Virus record (IMG/VR): IMGVR_UViG_3300028948_000703
Span: 52,273 to 116,272 of that record
Length of the DNA stretch: 64,000 nt
Direction: 5' to 3' (one strand)
From: a virus
Shown here in pieces: positions 47,248-57,654 of this stretch (positions are counted from its first letter, which is position 1; each line of letters starts with the position of its first letter). Made by a program: the position numbers and the translations under genes. The notes below the pieces were generated by a model, which ran no database searches, had not been told where the DNA came from, and worked only from the letters and a program-made list of their open reading frames with translations.

Positions 47248-48282
47248 TTATAGAACGCAGCTATCACAATCTGTGTCACTGGGTAAGGTGTTATCTTCTA
47301 CATTATTTTCATTAGCAATAAGCTTGTCAACTTGTACTTCACCTTGGCCATCAGCTGTGTTCATATAATAAAAAGTTTTTAATCCATATTTGTATCCAAT
47401 TAGCATATGGCGCAACAGTTCGCTCATTGGTAACTGCTGGTCGGGATAGTGTTCGGGATTATAGCTTGTATTAACACTAATAGATTGATCTATATATTTT
47501 TGTAAAACTGCTGAAATTTTCAAATAACCTTCTGGAGATGTTTGATCCCAAAGCAAATCATATCGATTTTTTAATCGACGATATTCTGGAACTACTTGTT
47601 TTAGAACACCATCTTTACTTTGTTTAACACTAATATAACTGCGAGGCGGCTCAATGCGATTGGTAGCGTTTGAAATTTGACTTGAGCTTTCGCTTGGCAT
47701 TAATGCCATTAATGTTGCATTACGTATTCCATATTTTTTAGCAGATTCGCGTAATTTATTCCATGGCATACGTTCCTTGTATTTTACAAGTTCATCGATA
47801 TCTTTCTTACGAGTGTCAATCGGCAAAACACCGTCTTTATATTTGGTGTTTTGTAATCCTTCGCATGCACCTTGTTCTTTGGCGAGGTCAACACTGGCTT
47901 TAATAAGATAATAACTCCACGCCTCTGTATATTCGTCGACAAGTGGTAATGCTTCATCGTCGGTATATTTAACTCCGTTTTTAGCTAACCAATATGCAAA
48001 ATTGATAATACCAATTCCTAAATTTCTATACAACATAGTATTTGTTTCAGCAGCATTTAATGGATAATCTTGATAACTTAACAATGCATCTAAACCTCTC
48101 ACAGCTAGTGTACAGGGTTTTTCAAAATCTTTTGGCTCTCTAATTTTACCCCAGTTAATTGCTGAAAGAGTACATAATGCAATAGATCCAGATTCTTCAT
48201 CCATCATTTCTTCTTCAAAATATTCATAATTTTCATAATCTAATTGCTCATTAGGTTTTACAATTGAAAATAGTTCATTCAT
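47248..48282 (-). CDS. nrdA: ribonucleotide reductase alpha subunit, C-terminal fragment (split gene)
   Basis: IALCTLSAIN, GIRNATLMALMPSE, KTFYY, C-terminal DCDSCVL. Confidence 0.93.
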   Translation of the reverse strand: MNELFSIVKPNEQLDYENYEYFEEEMMDEESGSIALCTLSAINWGKIREPKDFEKPCTLAVRGLDALLSYQDYPLNAAETNTMLYRNLGIGIINFAYWLAKNGVKYTDDEALPLVDEYTEAWSYYLIKASVDLAKEQGACEGLQNTKYKDGVLPIDTRKKDIDELVKYKERMPWNKLRESAKKYGIRNATLMALMPSESSSQISNATNRIEPPRSYISVKQSKDGVLKQVVPEYRRLKNRYDLLWDQTSPEGYLKISAVLQKYIDQSISVNTSYNPEHYPDQQLPMSELLRHMLIGYKYGLKTFYYMNTADGQGEVQVDKLIANENNVEDNTLPSDTDCDSCVL

Positions 48283-49228
48283 CTTTATTTTCCTTTTTTA
48301 AATAATTTTCTAATTTAGATTGGCTCCAGCCTAATGTTTTCTTCACATGATGCTTACTTTCATATTGTATTCCATGTACTACGATTGCAATCTTATTAAC
48401 TGCAACTTTAGAAAAATATTTCTTTTTCATTTTTAGCGATTCATATTTACTAATATGAGATACATCAATATATTGAACATTTTTATTATCTATAGATTTC
48501 CAATCAGTGCATCTATTGTTATTAATTCGATTAATTATTGAAACATTTGATACTCCGAAAAACTTACCTGCATCGGTAGCATTTTTAAAAATACCTTCTG
48601 GTGTTGAAACGAAATTATCTCTTAATAATATTCCATTTTTATGAGCTAATTTCCAATTTTTATCTAGTGCCATTAATTTGTTTCTTTTTATAATATGTTC
48701 TTTCCATGTTCTATTTTTATTTCTGTTTTTTATACCTTCTTGTCTATGTTCAGGGGTAATAAATTTTAAGTTCTCTCTTGATTTTTGTTTAGAGATCTCT
48801 TTATTAGCATGTATTTTTATTTTTTCATGTGCATTGCTGTTTAACATACCTTGTTTTGTTTTAAATTTGTGTACTTCTTTATCTTTTATAACATATCCAC
48901 CGGATGTAAATGATCGTTGATTAAAAAACATTTCTGATTGTTCGGCATTAAATAAATTTATCCAATACTGTTCTCTAGAAAGAACCTCACTTCGTGAGTT
49001 ATTATGTAATTGTTCAAGTACATACCTTTTGAAATATTTTCTACCAAATTTTTGTATATAAAAATTTAATAAAGATCCTGACCCTAAATAATTATCATTA
49101 TTACAACAATGACTACCTATATAGCCAAATAAAAATTTATCTGGATGAAAACAATATGTAATATATATAAATGGTAATTTGTAAATTTTTACACCGGAGG
49201 TATTAATTTCTTCCATTTTTTCCTCCAT
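48275..49228 (-). CDS. GIY-YIG (Seg-like) homing endonuclease inserted in nrdA
   Basis: FIYIT...YIGSH...YLGSG...REQYWI...FFN; NUMOD-like C-terminal repeats. Confidence 0.88.
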   Translation of the reverse strand: MEEKMEEINTSGVKIYKLPFIYITYCFHPDKFLFGYIGSHCCNNDNYLGSGSLLNFYIQKFGRKYFKRYVLEQLHNNSRSEVLSREQYWINLFNAEQSEMFFNQRSFTSGGYVIKDKEVHKFKTKQGMLNSNAHEKIKIHANKEISKQKSRENLKFITPEHRQEGIKNRNKNRTWKEHIIKRNKLMALDKNWKLAHKNGILLRDNFVSTPEGIFKNATDAGKFFGVSNVSIINRINNNRCTDWKSIDNKNVQYIDVSHISKYESLKMKKKYFSKVAVNKIAIVVHGIQYESKHHVKKTLGWSQSKLENYLKKENKDE

Positions 49229-50658
49229 ATTTTATATTCTTCTACTTTTTCTTTTGGCACCTTAACTAATACTTTTTTAGCACCACCTGAAACATCATTT
49301 AAAGGTGTAGTTGGCAACGTAATTTCTGCGCAGAGGTTACTCTGTCGTATTGGAGCAATATCTTCAATAAATGATCCGTGTGTGTTAGCATGGTCAACGT
49401 TCATGAGGTATATTCGTCCAGTGTTCTTTCTTTCCTGCATAAACGAAGTGAATAGGTCAATTGCCTTAACAGTCTTTTTTCTTAGTTTTGAATTTTTCTC
49501 AGCAGCCTCGTATAACTCCTTAAATTTTTCTTGATCAGAGAAAAATGCATTGTAGAGCTCTGGTACATCACTTGGAGAAAATAATGTAAGATTGCTTCCG
49601 TTAATAAGTCGTTCGTATGCCAGTTTATTAAACTGTACACCATAGTCCATATGACGTGCACGGTTTTCTTCAGTTCCTTTGTTGTTCTTTAACACTACTA
49701 GGTCTTCAAATTCGTAATGCCAGAACGGGAAATAAACTGTAGCTGCACCGCCACGAATACCTCCTTGGTTACAACTCTTTACAGCAGATTGAAATAGTTT
49801 TATAAAAGGAACAATACCAGTGTGATAGGCGTCACCTTTGCGTATTGGACTACCAATAGCTCTTATATTTCCTGCATTAATCCCAATACCTGCTTTTTGA
49901 CTAACATATTTTACAATACTACTTGTGGTGGCATTAATAGAATCAAGACTGTCGTCACATTCGATTAGAACACAGCTTGAAAATTGTTTTTGAGGTGTTC
50001 GTACTCCGGCCATTACAGGGGTTGGTAGACTAATGTCATGCGTGCTGATTGCATCATAATAATCTTTTATCCACTTTAGTCTAGTATCAGGAGAATAATT
50101 AGCAAATAATGTTGCCGCAATTAGCATATATGCCATTTGCGGTGTTTCAAACAATTGACCGGTGACACGATTTTTTACAAGGTATTTTCCGCGCCATTGT
50201 TCCATAGCGGCGTAGGTCATATCAAAATCGCGATCATGATCAAGATATGTATCCATTACATTCCATTCTTCATTAGAATATTTTGATTGTAATTCCCTAT
50301 CATAGTAACCAAGGTCTACTATTTTATTAACATGATCTTTTAATTTAGTGGGTGTAATTCCGTCATATACTTCTTTACGAATATGATAATTAATTAAGCG
50401 ACCTGCAACAAATTGATAATTAGGAGTTTCTTCACTAATTAAATCAGCAGCAGCCTTAATTAATGTTTCTTGTATATCTTTAGTTTTTATATTTTGATAA
50501 AATTGTAGCTGGCTGCGAATTTCAACTTCGCTAGCAGATACTCCGCTAATACCTTCAGTAGCCCACATTACTTGACGATGAATTTTATCTATGTTAAGCA
50601 ACTCTTTACGTCCATCTCGTTTCAAAACAAAAATTTCATTGTGCTTTTGAGCTGCCAT
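49189..50658 (-). CDS. nrdA: ribonucleotide reductase alpha subunit, N-terminal fragment (split gene)
   Basis: ATP cone (VLKRDG), QFSSCVLI, QGGIRGG, QSNLCAEI. Confidence 0.94.
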   Translation of the reverse strand: MAAQKHNEIFVLKRDGRKELLNIDKIHRQVMWATEGISGVSASEVEIRSQLQFYQNIKTKDIQETLIKAAADLISEETPNYQFVAGRLINYHIRKEVYDGITPTKLKDHVNKIVDLGYYDRELQSKYSNEEWNVMDTYLDHDRDFDMTYAAMEQWRGKYLVKNRVTGQLFETPQMAYMLIAATLFANYSPDTRLKWIKDYYDAISTHDISLPTPVMAGVRTPQKQFSSCVLIECDDSLDSINATTSSIVKYVSQKAGIGINAGNIRAIGSPIRKGDAYHTGIVPFIKLFQSAVKSCNQGGIRGGAATVYFPFWHYEFEDLVVLKNNKGTEENRARHMDYGVQFNKLAYERLINGSNLTLFSPSDVPELYNAFFSDQEKFKELYEAAEKNSKLRKKTVKAIDLFTSFMQERKNTGRIYLMNVDHANTHGSFIEDIAPIRQSNLCAEITLPTTPLNDVSGGAKKVLVKVPKEKVEEYKIWRKKWKKLIPPV

Positions 50659-50710
50659 TTTTTAGTACCTTTCGTTATTCGCTTATTATTTCGAGTAGTA
50701 TATTTAACAA

Positions 50711-51187
50711 TTATTTGTTGAGGTTGTCTTTAATTAAATGACTTTTTCCATTGTAGATATACTCTTGTTGTATATAAAATTTCTCTAGTAAATTATTGAT
50801 TTCAATAACTTTTTTGTACTCATAATTGAGCAGTTTTTCCTCATCTACAAATAAAATAATTTTTTGTATACTATGAATATCATCTTTAATTAATTTTAGT
50901 TCACATCGATTATTAGTCCAACGTTGATCTTCAGATAGTAACAAGGTGTACATCATCCCTAGGCTAACCGCGCTGTCATCAAAGTTATTTGAATATACAA
51001 GATTCCACGGATCCGGCCAATCTTGCGGCCTATCCCAGTCTAGCAACCTAGTCGATAACGGGGCATAACTCCAAAAATTTGTAACTAATGATAAATGTTC
51101 GTTGTCAGACAACTCATGTGTTAATGATTTGCGTAAATCTTTCCAACTTTGTAATAGACCATGTGTGCCAATAATAAACGGTGACAT
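50711..51187 (-). CDS. hypothetical phage protein
   Basis: FWSYAP...WPDPWNLV...SLGMMYTL. Confidence 0.7.
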   Translation of the reverse strand: MSPFIIGTHGLLQSWKDLRKSLTHELSDNEHLSLVTNFWSYAPLSTRLLDWDRPQDWPDPWNLVYSNNFDDSAVSLGMMYTLLLSEDQRWTNNRCELKLIKDDIHSIQKIILFVDEEKLLNYEYKKVIEINNLLEKFYIQQEYIYNGKSHLIKDNLNK

Positions 51188-51290
51188 TATACTGATATTC
51201 TTTTTAATATTTATGCTTTTTAAAGTAGAGGTATAATAAATCTTTTTAATTTTATCATTTGATAAATATGTTATAATATCTGAGGTCAAT

Positions 51291-51941
51291 ATGACTGTAT
51301 ACAGCAATATCAATCCTAATTTTCCAGTCGAAGGAATTAGTCAAAACAGTAGTGGGTTTCGTAATAATTTTTCCGCAGCAAAACAAGAAATAGAAAACTT
51401 ACAATCTAAAACTATCCAGTTAGCTGGAGCAATTGTCAGTAATCCTACTCAAGTTGGGTCAGGTGATGGTAATATAGTAATTGATACATATTATGCAGTT
51501 GAGACTGTGTCATCCGGTACTTTTACACCAGGGTTTACTTTTGCAACACCGGGCGACAGTTCTATTACTATTGTCTCATCATCAGGAATATATGTAAACA
51601 CATTTTATACTTCCTTTACTTTAGTATGGATAGCAATAAATTTAAAATTTAATCCAGGTGCTTATACAACAGCAGCAGGCGATGCTTATATAACTGGCTT
51701 ACCTTTTACAACAATAGACGATCCGGATAATATTGGAATGTTTAGCTTAGTAGATAATAACGGACAGATTTTATTACCAACAGGTTGTACACAATTTATC
51801 TCTCAGCCTGTTGCGCTAACAACAACTGCAAAATTAATAGGTATTGGATCAGGTCAAAGCTTACCAATCACAACTGCAGAAATTGCACCAAGTACCGAAT
51901 ACAATTTAACGTTACAAGGTACATACAGAATAGCAGTTTAA
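51291..51941 (+). CDS. putative tail/baseplate-associated structural protein
   Basis: late motif GATAAATA; NINPNFPVEG..SSGFRNNF..EIENLQ; ITGLPF fibre-tip-like C-terminus. Confidence 0.7.
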   Translation: MTVYSNINPNFPVEGISQNSSGFRNNFSAAKQEIENLQSKTIQLAGAIVSNPTQVGSGDGNIVIDTYYAVETVSSGTFTPGFTFATPGDSSITIVSSSGIYVNTFYTSFTLVWIAINLKFNPGAYTTAAGDAYITGLPFTTIDDPDNIGMFSLVDNNGQILLPTGCTQFISQPVALTTTAKLIGIGSGQSLPITTAEIAPSTEYNLTLQGTYRIAV

Positions 51942-53299
51942 CCAACTAGCCAATCTGTTCCATTGCTAACTACTGGCACTGCAAATGCACCACTCCCAGC
52001 TGCAGTTGCAAGGAAAGTGTTTGTGTTACAGTCAGTAATAAAAAATCTAGCACCTGCTCCGGCTACTGCTGGATCTGGTAAATTATCAAATGTAGACGAA
52101 CCTGATCCATAGAAATTATTTTGTTGCGGATTTAAAATTAAATTTTGTGTACCATTATCTAACACATATGGTTGTAATGTATCAAACACATCACCGATGC
52201 TCGAATTAAGAGTTGTACCGGTATCCCATAGAATTACATTTAAATCGTAATTTAGAATACAATCAACAAACGTGTTATGTGAGCTTGCTATTCCAGGGTT
52301 AGAACCAAAATTAACTATAGCAGATCCATCTAAATTGTAAAAGCGAGACATTGAAATTGTGGAATATTTTGGTCCATTAAAGTTTGCACTTTCACCAAAA
52401 TTTACCCCTCTGAAACATTCCGTAAACGCACTTCTAGATACAGTTGTGTAGGCTACAGGATCATCTGCATATATTCCATATTGTAGATTTGTAAACATAC
52501 AATTAATAATTTGTGCGTCGTATGTTTGTATAACATCACCGATACTTCTCAGATATAATCCTTTCTGCGGATTGGTAAGAGGATTTCCTAATTGGAACCC
52601 TCCTTTAAATTCAACGTTTTCAAATCTTATGGTCTGATATCTATTAAGATGTCCGATATCCATATAGTTTCCATCGGTATCAAGTGTTAAATCAGCTATT
52701 GATATATTTTCAGGTAATATTCCAACCGATCCTCCAATATTTGCAGCAGTGTTTCCCATGCTATCAGCTGTTTCAAGCATATAAGGCAGTGTGTTATCAA
52801 TTGGTTGAATAATGGTTTTTCCTTTACCCGCGCCGATAAACCCTACATAAGGATATAATAACAGAGGAATTGAAATTTTATATATGCCCGGTGGAAAATA
52901 TAAAAAAACTCTAGTTTGATAATTTGCAGGAGTAAAAGTTCCTTCTGAATAAAATAATTCATGTATAGCAGAATTAATGGCAGGCGCGTCGTCTGTTACC
53001 CCATCGCCAACTGCTCCAAAGTCTTTAACACTTACTATGTCATTTAATTTGCTACCAAGAGGTCGAGCAGTAGACACTGCTACTTCGGCTAACATGGTTC
53101 GCCATGTATTTGTGATTAAATCTGTATTTTTTGAAAATTGTGTAAGAACTTGCGTATTAAATCCATAACCCGGACTATTACCAATATATAGCTCTCGCGT
53201 ATCAAGACACCATCCAAATTCACCTTCGGCTAATTCGTCAGGTAAATCTAGTTTTACACCTCTGCGGTGCTGTAATCTTGAGATATTTGTTATTGCCAC
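51938..53299 (-). CDS. tail fibre/spike protein with pectate-lyase-like beta-helix
   Basis: LQHRRG..LAEGEFGW..LYIG; VSVKDFGAVGDGVTDD; YFPPGIYKI. Confidence 0.8.
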   Translation of the reverse strand: MAITNISRLQHRRGVKLDLPDELAEGEFGWCLDTRELYIGNSPGYGFNTQVLTQFSKNTDLITNTWRTMLAEVAVSTARPLGSKLNDIVSVKDFGAVGDGVTDDAPAINSAIHELFYSEGTFTPANYQTRVFLYFPPGIYKISIPLLLYPYVGFIGAGKGKTIIQPIDNTLPYMLETADSMGNTAANIGGSVGILPENISIADLTLDTDGNYMDIGHLNRYQTIRFENVEFKGGFQLGNPLTNPQKGLYLRSIGDVIQTYDAQIINCMFTNLQYGIYADDPVAYTTVSRSAFTECFRGVNFGESANFNGPKYSTISMSRFYNLDGSAIVNFGSNPGIASSHNTFVDCILNYDLNVILWDTGTTLNSSIGDVFDTLQPYVLDNGTQNLILNPQQNNFYGSGSSTFDNLPDPAVAGAGARFFITDCNTNTFLATAAGSGAFAVPVVSNGTDWLVG

Positions 53300-53441
53300 G
53301 TTTAATATCCTTGTGCGTTTACTTCTTGATATACCATATTTATCAATAAGTTAAAAACTTTTATACGGTATAAATGATCTGATATAACGGTTTAGATCAT
53401 TTATGTATTGACAAGTCTTTATAAAACGCTATTATCATAGC

Positions 53442-53627
53442 ATGAAAATTTTAGTAGGAAACTGGACAACACTCGATGACGTGCCTATATTTTATAAAAA
53501 TTGGGCAGAATATGTAGCTGAACATTCTCTTAATTTAGATGAGATTAATAAATTAGTAGAATCTTACGAATTATATATTAGTTACCTAGATGATATTGAG
53601 AAACACGATTCCACCATTGGTCAATAG
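53442..53627 (+). CDS. hypothetical small protein (probably leaderless)
   Basis: TTGACA promoter immediately upstream. Confidence 0.45.
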   Translation: MKILVGNWTTLDDVPIFYKNWAEYVAEHSLNLDEINKLVESYELYISYLDDIEKHDSTIGQ

Positions 53628-54264
53628 CAGTATTCATATCAGACTCGCTTATTATCCACGATTGCGGTGCTAGATCTTTTGAGCACATTAAAATAACACC
53701 TTGCTTTATATCAGTGCCATGTATTTTATTATGCGCTGATAGATATGCTGCTAGTTGAACCTTGTAGTCTGCAATTCGATCATCAGTTTTTGGTTTATTT
53801 GTTTGTTTAAAATCGATAATGCTTGGAATTCCTTTGTATACTCCAACCATATCAGTAGTTCCTGCATATAGTTCTGGATAATATAGAGCAGATTCTAAAG
53901 CCCAAAATTCATCAAGAAATGGCTTTAAATATGTCTCTAATATAACCCCTGCCATCTTGTAGCTGTGTTTATGATAATAATTAGTACCTGATTGAGGGTT
54001 AAGCCCTTTTAAATGCTTTTCTAAATAGTTATGCATTAAGGTTCCTCTAAAAGCTGCTTCGTTTTTTATTTCGTCAGCTTTTTTCTGACCCATACGACGT
54101 TGCCATGCTTCGAGCGCTTTCTTAGTTTCTTCACTTTTAGTTTTATCTAAAATAGTCGTTACACTTGGAAGCTTGTTACCATATGGATCAATATAAACTC
54201 TTCCATTAGGTCCGCCGTCTTCTCTTGTAAGTGGGTGATATGTAAATCTTTCAACTAGTTTCAT
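53578..54264 (-). CDS. PD-(D/E)XK exonuclease
   Basis: PSVTTIL, RGTLMH, YAGTTD, IIDFKQ, QLAAY. Confidence 0.88.
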   Translation of the reverse strand: MKLVERFTYHPLTREDGGPNGRVYIDPYGNKLPSVTTILDKTKSEETKKALEAWQRRMGQKKADEIKNEAAFRGTLMHNYLEKHLKGLNPQSGTNYYHKHSYKMAGVILETYLKPFLDEFWALESALYYPELYAGTTDMVGVYKGIPSIIDFKQTNKPKTDDRIADYKVQLAAYLSAHNKIHGTDIKQGVILMCSKDLAPQSWIISESDMNTAIDQWWNRVSQYHLGN

Positions 54265-54277
54265 TTGTTAATTATAT

Positions 54278-54760
54278 CTATAAAAGTTTTGAAATTCTAT
54301 CTTTCTCTAGAGATCTAAGAACAGATATAGTTCCTTGTCGAATTGCTTGACTATTTAATTTTAACCATTCTAATTTTTCAGGTGATACTTTTATCCGGTT
54401 CGAACTAATATAAATTTCTTTATCAGTTAGTTGTAACCAATACCATGCGGTCTCTATGAATAGTTCAGTAGCTTTTTGTTTAAGCCAGAAAGACGAACCT
54501 TTAAATTGAAATATATCAAATTGCTTTTCAGCTTGCTGCGGTATATGTAAAGATTGCATTTTATCAGCAATTAATTCAGCATTAGTTCCTTTATTTTTAC
54601 CTAGTTCTTTAATTTCTAACAATCCTCGTATAGTATCTGGTTTTTCTGGCAACGCTCTAATATCGTTGAGAGACATCGAATCAATTTGTTTAATTAAATT
54701 TTGAATTTTAGGTTTTTTACTTGCTAATAATAAACGCCCTGGTCCGTAAATAGAACGCAT
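54278..54760 (-). CDS. hypothetical protein
   Basis: 160-aa ORF in operon orientation. Confidence 0.65.
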   Translation of the reverse strand: MRSIYGPGRLLLASKKPKIQNLIKQIDSMSLNDIRALPEKPDTIRGLLEIKELGKNKGTNAELIADKMQSLHIPQQAEKQFDIFQFKGSSFWLKQKATELFIETAWYWLQLTDKEIYISSNRIKVSPEKLEWLKLNSQAIRQGTISVLRSLEKDRISKLL

Positions 54761-54790
54761 AGTAACCTGTTTCTTTCTATTATAAGCTGT

Positions 54791-57286
54791 TTACCATTGT
54801 ATATACCACATTAATGTACTATTGGTACTAGGATTTGTTAGTCTATTAATGTTATAACCAAGGTTAGTAAAATATGAAACAATTGTATCCATACGCTCTG
54901 TATAAGGACGTAACAATTGTTCATTACTTAATGCCTGTCCTTTCCATGCTTTGAAATAATCTCTGCTAGACGTATATGGTATAACTACAAATGTACCTAA
55001 GCCTGTACCGATAGATGCTGTTGCTACAGCAGTATTTGATGTCGAGTAAAATGGAGCAGCTATTGTAACATCTGGAATAGATTGATATCCTTGTCCTTCG
55101 CTGGTAACTGCAATTCTCCCAACACTAAATGCTCGTTGTGCTGATAATACAGGTGAAACAGGCACCCCAACCTGATTTGATCCTGGTGTTAGATAAACTA
55201 TAGGATCGGCTACGTAGTTTTTACCTTGGTTAATAACTGTTATATCACTAATTCCAGTTGGAGTCATCACTGCTGCAGCTAATGCATCGCCCTCAACATT
55301 AATAACAGGAGGTGCATTATAACCAGAACCTTTAGTTAATATTGATATTGAACTTAGTGTAGTTGGTGCTAAATTAGCAATTGCTTCCGCTCCGATACCG
55401 TCGCCCTCAATGATTACAGTTGGGATATCAACATATCCGCTACCACCTGTTATAACTGTTATTGAATCAATTTGATCTCCTACAATATTAGCACTAGCCG
55501 TTGCGTCTACAGATGCTCCGCCGTCGACTATTGTTACAGTAGCACTGCTATATCCCGAACCGTTGTTAGACATTGTTATAGTAGAGACAACAGTAGGAGT
55601 TAAGTTAGCTTGTGCTGTTGCTCCTGAACCATTTGAAACACTAACTGTTGGTATAGAAACATATCCAGAACCAATTTCACTTATAATTAAATTAACCACT
55701 TCTCCGTTTTCAACAATTGCTTTTGCTTTTGCAGTTGTTCCGCCTTCTGCAGGAGCTGAAATAGTTATAATAGGTGGAACAACATATCCAGTTCCACTAC
55801 TTTGTATATCAATAGATTTTAGACCAAGTGTTAAATTAAATGCAGCAAGTGTTCCTGTGCCGCCGTTAACAGGATTTGCAACTAACCCTGGTACCTCAGT
55901 ATATGATCCACCGCTTTCTAAAACATATGATAATATTCGTCCGTTGACATCAACTGATAACACTTTAATCCATGCATTTTCAGAACCAGCCCCACCTGAT
56001 ATTAACAAACTATCCCCAGCAACATAATCTTTACCGTTGCTAACCATTAAAACATTAGTTACAGTTAGATTAACTGTTCCAGCAATTGCACCGCTACCGG
56101 CAGTACTAATAATTACAGTTGGGATATTAGTATATGTTTCACCGCCGTCGTAGGTTAACGCTATAGAGTCAACACTTGTAGGCTGAAGACTGGCTACACC
56201 AGCGGCATCTGATCCAGTATCTAGTACAACACTTGATACATCAAGGTATCCATATCCTGGATTAGTTACAACTATACCAGATACACTACCTCCATATATA
56301 GTAGCATATGCTTCTGCACCTGTTCCTGTGTTAGTGTTTATTATTACTCTAGGAGCAGAAATATAATTTGTTCCATTGTCTGATATGCTGATGCTTTTTA
56401 TTCCAAAGGTTAAATTTAATGTACAAGATGTCCCACCGCTTGGTGCAACTGATGTTGCTACATTAACGGACGTCGGAAGACTAGTATACTCTCCAGGGTT
56501 TACTATGCTAACAGATAACACTGATCCGGAAAGATTAACAGACGAAACTCGTATAGTAGACGTTATTCCTGTACCACCTGTTACGCTAAGTATATCGCCT
56601 GTGCTATATCCAGTTCCTGCATTGTTTACAACTGCACCTACTAGTTGATATGATACTGTACCTACACTTGCACCGGAACCTTGCGGTGCAAAAGTTACAC
56701 TAGGAAGATCGGTATAATTGGAGCCGTTTGTTGTATTAGCAACAGCTACTATAGTCCCCCATGTTGATAGATATGCAGTAGCAACAGCATCAACAGTTGG
56801 ATCACCGCCTGATAATGTTACAACTGGAGCCTGAATATATCCTCCGCCGTTATCAGTTAGATCAATACTGGTAACTCCGGATGTTATATCAATAGCTATT
56901 GGGCGCCCAGCTAATGCATCTGTAATGCTTGCTGCTAGTTTGATATGATTAGGGTCGACATATATAACATAATAATATGAATAGTTATTCAACGGTGCTG
57001 GTAAAACAACTGATGAATTAACTGTAACAGTATCCCCATTTTGAAATGGATGAGTAGGAATGTACAATTGGTCAGTTGCTGGATCTACTGTCCATACTGC
57101 TGCAACTGCAGTGGTACTATCTGTCATTGGAGTACCGTTTGCTACTGTTGCATCATAAAATCCAAATCTAACAGCTTCTAAAATTTTATTCTCAATAAGA
57201 CGAGCTTCTTCGTGTATTACTGTTTCTCTTATTGGATTTTGTCTTGCTTCGCCAGCAGTTAAAAAAATACTTGTACATGCTACCAT
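54791..57286 (-). CDS. repeat-rich virion structural protein (tail/baseplate)
   Basis: many GxGY..xPxVxI repeats; YYVIYVDPNHIKLA module. Confidence 0.8.
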   Translation of the reverse strand: MVACTSIFLTAGEARQNPIRETVIHEEARLIENKILEAVRFGFYDATVANGTPMTDSTTAVAAVWTVDPATDQLYIPTHPFQNGDTVTVNSSVVLPAPLNNYSYYYVIYVDPNHIKLAASITDALAGRPIAIDITSGVTSIDLTDNGGGYIQAPVVTLSGGDPTVDAVATAYLSTWGTIVAVANTTNGSNYTDLPSVTFAPQGSGASVGTVSYQLVGAVVNNAGTGYSTGDILSVTGGTGITSTIRVSSVNLSGSVLSVSIVNPGEYTSLPTSVNVATSVAPSGGTSCTLNLTFGIKSISISDNGTNYISAPRVIINTNTGTGAEAYATIYGGSVSGIVVTNPGYGYLDVSSVVLDTGSDAAGVASLQPTSVDSIALTYDGGETYTNIPTVIISTAGSGAIAGTVNLTVTNVLMVSNGKDYVAGDSLLISGGAGSENAWIKVLSVDVNGRILSYVLESGGSYTEVPGLVANPVNGGTGTLAAFNLTLGLKSIDIQSSGTGYVVPPIITISAPAEGGTTAKAKAIVENGEVVNLIISEIGSGYVSIPTVSVSNGSGATAQANLTPTVVSTITMSNNGSGYSSATVTIVDGGASVDATASANIVGDQIDSITVITGGSGYVDIPTVIIEGDGIGAEAIANLAPTTLSSISILTKGSGYNAPPVINVEGDALAAAVMTPTGISDITVINQGKNYVADPIVYLTPGSNQVGVPVSPVLSAQRAFSVGRIAVTSEGQGYQSIPDVTIAAPFYSTSNTAVATASIGTGLGTFVVIPYTSSRDYFKAWKGQALSNEQLLRPYTERMDTIVSYFTNLGYNINRLTNPSTNSTLMWYIQW

Positions 57287-57651
57287 TATAACAAATCCCC
57301 TGATTTAATTGCTTTTTTAGCTACCTTTGCTGCTGTTTTTTCAATTTTCTTTTGTTCTTGTTCTTTTTGCTTTAGTGGTTCTTTTTCTCCATCGAATATT
57401 TCGTCAAATTCAATTTGTTCCGGAGTTGTTTTTACTACTATATCAGTGAACGGAGGTTTAGATACTACATCCATTATTTCGTTAACAGTAAGTGTATGGC
57501 CAATTTTATTCAAATAGCTAATTACACCGTTATCACCTTTCATGGGTATACTATTTTTATTCTGCGATTTATAAGTCGTAAAAAGATCCATTAGTGCATT
57601 AACAATTTCATCTTTTACTTCTGATTCGCATAACAGATCTTTTATACGCAT
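57286..57651 (-). CDS. putative head-associated protein
   Basis: MRIKDLLCESE leader; basic C-terminus. Confidence 0.65.
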   Translation of the reverse strand: MRIKDLLCESEVKDEIVNALMDLFTTYKSQNKNSIPMKGDNGVISYLNKIGHTLTVNEIMDVVSKPPFTDIVVKTTPEQIEFDEIFDGEKEPLKQKEQEQKKIEKTAAKVAKKAIKSGDLL

Positions 57652-57654
57652 GAA

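Noticed and set aside
48275-49228. Group I intron in nrdA
   Set aside because: The nuclease ORF overlaps both nrdA halves, there is no non-coding room, and no P7-type core was recognised.
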